Source: Paraphysomonas bandaiensis
Taxonomy: Eukaryota > Protista > Chrysophyceae
Direction: 5' to 3'
Assembly (NCBI GenBank): GCA_965644295.1
Contig: CBFFRP010000048.1
Coordinates: 1 to 23,569, forward strand
DNA length: 23,569 bases
Below, one piece after another: positions 21,325-23,569 of this stretch; the stretch's first letter is position 1, and every line of letters begins with the position of its first letter. The notes beneath the pieces were generated by a model. The model saw nothing but the letters and a program-made list of their open reading frames with translations, searched no databases and was not told the DNA's origin. The position numbers and the translations under genes were made by a program.

Positions 21325-23569
21325 ATGTCAGGAGAGCCTCCACGGACACCGCCTATTGAGGCTTGGACCAACCCAACTGAGTTCTATAAGCGTGACGATG
21401 GGGCAAAACAGACTTCCTCCGTAGTTGAAACATTCAGTGATCCAGAAAAAGGCACATCACTTGGTGCTGATGTGAGTGAAATGCCATCAACTACTGAGGA
21501 TCCAGTCAATCATGAGAAGGTTAGAGTTAAATTTACACGCTGGGGTTTAAAAAAACCGATACACAATAGAATTGTTCCGAAAGCGTCGAGCTTTAGTGAT
21601 CCAACTAGTGGCCAAGAGATAGGCCTTCCATTTGGAGATGATATTGACGAAGATGACGATGATAATGCTGCACCTCCTCCCAGTCGTTACTTCGACTTAA
21701 TTTCGTTTGCTCTTCGTATAGCTGAAAGAAAAGAGGCGATAAAGCTATTTATATACAGACTTGTAGTTGTTATTATTGTAGTTTCGATACTCACAGCGAT
21801 AAATATGTGGGTTGCCTCTGTGCTCGCGAAACATATATATGGTATCGAAGTAGACTCTGTAGTTTATCCATCCGAAACTTCAATATATGACACATTTCAT
21901 GTCGACGATGGACACTTGCGAGTGTTCACACACTCATCCCGCCCTTTAGATATAATTCATAATGATAACTTTGACTTTCGTATCATCGGAAAGTATGCGA
22001 CTAACCAATCCATATCATTCGGATGGATTCCACCGGACGATACTACAAGGAGAATTCTTCAACAATCTGGCTCAGGCGGCGATGCACACATGTATCCTAA
22101 AAACAGCTATACGCAGCGCCAGCTTCAGATGAGTGCATATATTCCACGAACTGAACTGACGTCTAGCTCAACCGGTGACTTTACTATAACGTCAGAGCGG
22201 ACCATGTACGTTAGGCCTGGTAGCAAAGAGATGGTGCTGCCAAATGCCGCACTGGCGCTGGGTATATCGAGCCCTAGAAGCATGTTAGATGTTAACGGAA
22301 GCGTATTTTTGGGTGGTGATACTTCCCATGAGGTACAAATACCTGGAACTGTGTATGCCAATAATGCATCATTCAGTGGAATACTTAATATTTCCGAGGC
22401 CACGTTGTATTACAAGAGCGCAGTTAACGCAACCTATAGTATGCCAGATTTACAAATACGGAATCTACATGCAACAAATATATTATTCGAAGCTTTCAGA
22501 TTAGAGCATGTAACAGAAGCTGTTTTGGCTGGTGTATACTTCGACGAACACGGAGGACTCACTGTCGACAATAAAACAACAGTAAAGAGTGGCGGTGTCA
22601 ACATCACAGGAGGAGCATCCATCCATTCGGACGGAATGACAATAGCAGGAGGACAAACTATTCAAAATGGAGGTTTACGTGTTATGGATATAGGCATAAC
22701 AGTATATCAAGGAGGAACAACTATTACTGGTGGCTCTACTGTAATGACCGGTGGTTTGAAGGTTACTGGTGGTTCATCCGTATTAGATTCTGGATTGACA
22801 GTAACTGGTGGTTCTAGTGTTTTTACTGATGGTTTCACTGTGACTGGTGGCTCCACTGTAATGACCGGTGGTTTGAAGGTTACTGGTGGTTCATCCGTAT
22901 TAGATTCTGGATTAACAGTAACTGGTGGTTCTAGTGTTTTTACTGATGGTTTCACTGTAACTGGTGGTTCTACTGTAATGACCGGTGGTTTGAAGGTTAC
23001 TGGTGGTTCATCCGTATTAGATTCTGGATTGACAGTAACTGGTGGTTCTAGTGTTTTCACTGATGGTTTCACTGTGACTGGTGGCTCTACTGTAATGATG
23101 GGTGGTTTGAAGGTTACTGGTGGTTCATCCGTATTAGATGCTGGATTGACAGTAACTGGTGGTTCTAGTGTTTTCACTGATGGTTTCACTGTAACTGGTG
23201 GTTCTACTGTAATGACCGGTGGTTTGAAGGTTACTGGTGGTTCATCCGTATTAGATTCTGGATTGACAGTAACTGGCGGTTCTAGTGTTTTCACTGATGG
23301 TTTCACAGTTACTGGTGGTTCTACTGTAATGACCGGTGGTTTGAAGGTTACTGGTGGTTCATCCGTATTAGATTCTGGATTGACAGTAACTGGTGGTTCT
23401 AGTGTTTTTACTGATGGTTTCACTGTAACTGGTGGCTCTACTGTAATGACCGGTGGTTTGAAGGTTACTGGTGGTTCATCCGTATTAGATTCTGGATTGA
23501 CAGTAACTGGCGGTTCTAGTGTTTTCACTGATGGTTTCACTGTGACTGGTGGTTCTACTGTAATGATGG
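21325..23569 (+). CDS. Type II membrane protein with tail-fibre-like beta-repeat ectodomain; intronless, truncated by the window end (at least 748 codons); not in the ORF track
   Basis: Translated by hand from ATG 21325 (MSGEPPRTPPIEAW...) with no stop before the window end. Acidic, disordered N-terminus; basic residues then TM LVVVIIVVSILTAINMWVASVLA (~21760-21828). Seven N-glycosylation sequons, all after the TM. LGISSPRSMLDVNG at 22258-22299, then G-G-x-T-V beta repeats. Confidence 0.85.
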   Translation, partial: MSGEPPRTPPIEAWTNPTEFYKRDDGAKQTSSVVETFSDPEKGTSLGADVSEMPSTTEDPVNHEKVRVKFTRWGLKKPIHNRIVPKASSFSDPTSGQEIGLPFGDDIDEDDDDNAAPPPSRYFDLISFALRIAERKEAIKLFIYRLVVVIIVVSILTAINMWVASVLAKHIYGIEVDSVVYPSETSIYDTFHVDDGHLRVFTHSSRPLDIIHNDNFDFRIIGKYATNQSISFGWIPPDDTTRRILQQSGSGGDAHMYPKNSYTQRQLQMSAYIPRTELTSSSTGDFTITSERTMYVRPGSKEMVLPNAALALGISSPRSMLDVNGSVFLGGDTSHEVQIPGTVYANNASFSGILNISEATLYYKSAVNATYSMPDLQIRNLHATNILFEAFRLEHVTEAVLAGVYFDEHGGLTVDNKTTVKSGGVNITGGASIHSDGMTIAGGQTIQNGGLRVMDIGITVYQGGTTITGGSTVMTGGLKVTGGSSVLDSGLTVTGGSSVFTDGFTVTGGSTVMTGGLKVTGGSSVLDSGLTVTGGSSVFTDGFTVTGGSTVMTGGLKVTGGSSVLDSGLTVTGGSSVFTDGFTVTGGSTVMMGGLKVTGGSSVLDAGLTVTGGSSVFTDGFTVTGGSTVMTGGLKVTGGSSVLDSGLTVTGGSSVFTDGFTVTGGSTVMTGGLKVTGGSSVLDSGLTVTGGSSVFTDGFTVTGGSTVMTGGLKVTGGSSVLDSGLTVTGGSSVFTDGFTVTGGSTVMM
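22726..23569 (+). repeat. Coding tandem repeat, 117-bp unit (39 aa = TGGSTVMTGGLKV / TGGSSVLDSGLTV / TGGSSVFTDGFTV), at least 7.2 copies, continuing past the window
   Basis: The GTAATG anchor recurs at 22741, 22858, 22975, 23092, 23209, 23326, 23443 and 23560. Differences between units are mostly synonymous third-position changes. Confidence 0.97.

Noticed and set aside
22707-23540. 277-aa minus-strand ORF of PPVTV repeats
   Set aside because: Antisense shadow of the + strand repeat gene. It shares wobble positions with the + frame, so its conservation is automatic, and it stops at the array edge. The + frame continues into 1.4 kb of unique coding sequence with a start codon and TM helix.
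22726-23569. Possible CRISPR array or satellite
   Set aside because: No unique spacers; the unit is a multiple of 3 and lies in an open frame with mostly synonymous variation.

Overview
Eukaryotic, intron-rich genomic DNA with short canonical GT-AG introns (about 40-65 nt, often with a CTAAY/CTGAY branch-like motif). A stramenopile such as a chrysophyte or other ochrophyte is my inference, not something the sequence proves. The ORF track fragments the genes, and hand-splicing gives five. (1) An S9-family (DPP-V-like) serine peptidase on the minus strand, 5 exons. (2) A divergently transcribed ~15-intron gene for a large signal-peptide protein that appears to fuse GT2 glycosyltransferase, TPR-like helices, a degenerate SAM-methyltransferase, a duplicated Cys-loop/UBA-like linker and a degenerate 2OG-Fe(II)-oxygenase-like domain. 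(3) A ~21-intron TIMELESS/Tof1 orthologue. (4) An intronless membrane-anchored GH5 endoglucanase with a Pro/Thr stalk and four EGF-like repeats. (5) An intronless ORF absent from the ORF track (21325 to past the window end): a type II membrane protein whose ectodomain resembles a phage/giant-virus tail fibre, with a 117-bp (3x13 aa) tandem array. A 9-mer, TACTGCTGT/ACAGCAGTA, recurs upstream of every gene. Domain calls come from motif recognition by eye, not database searches.
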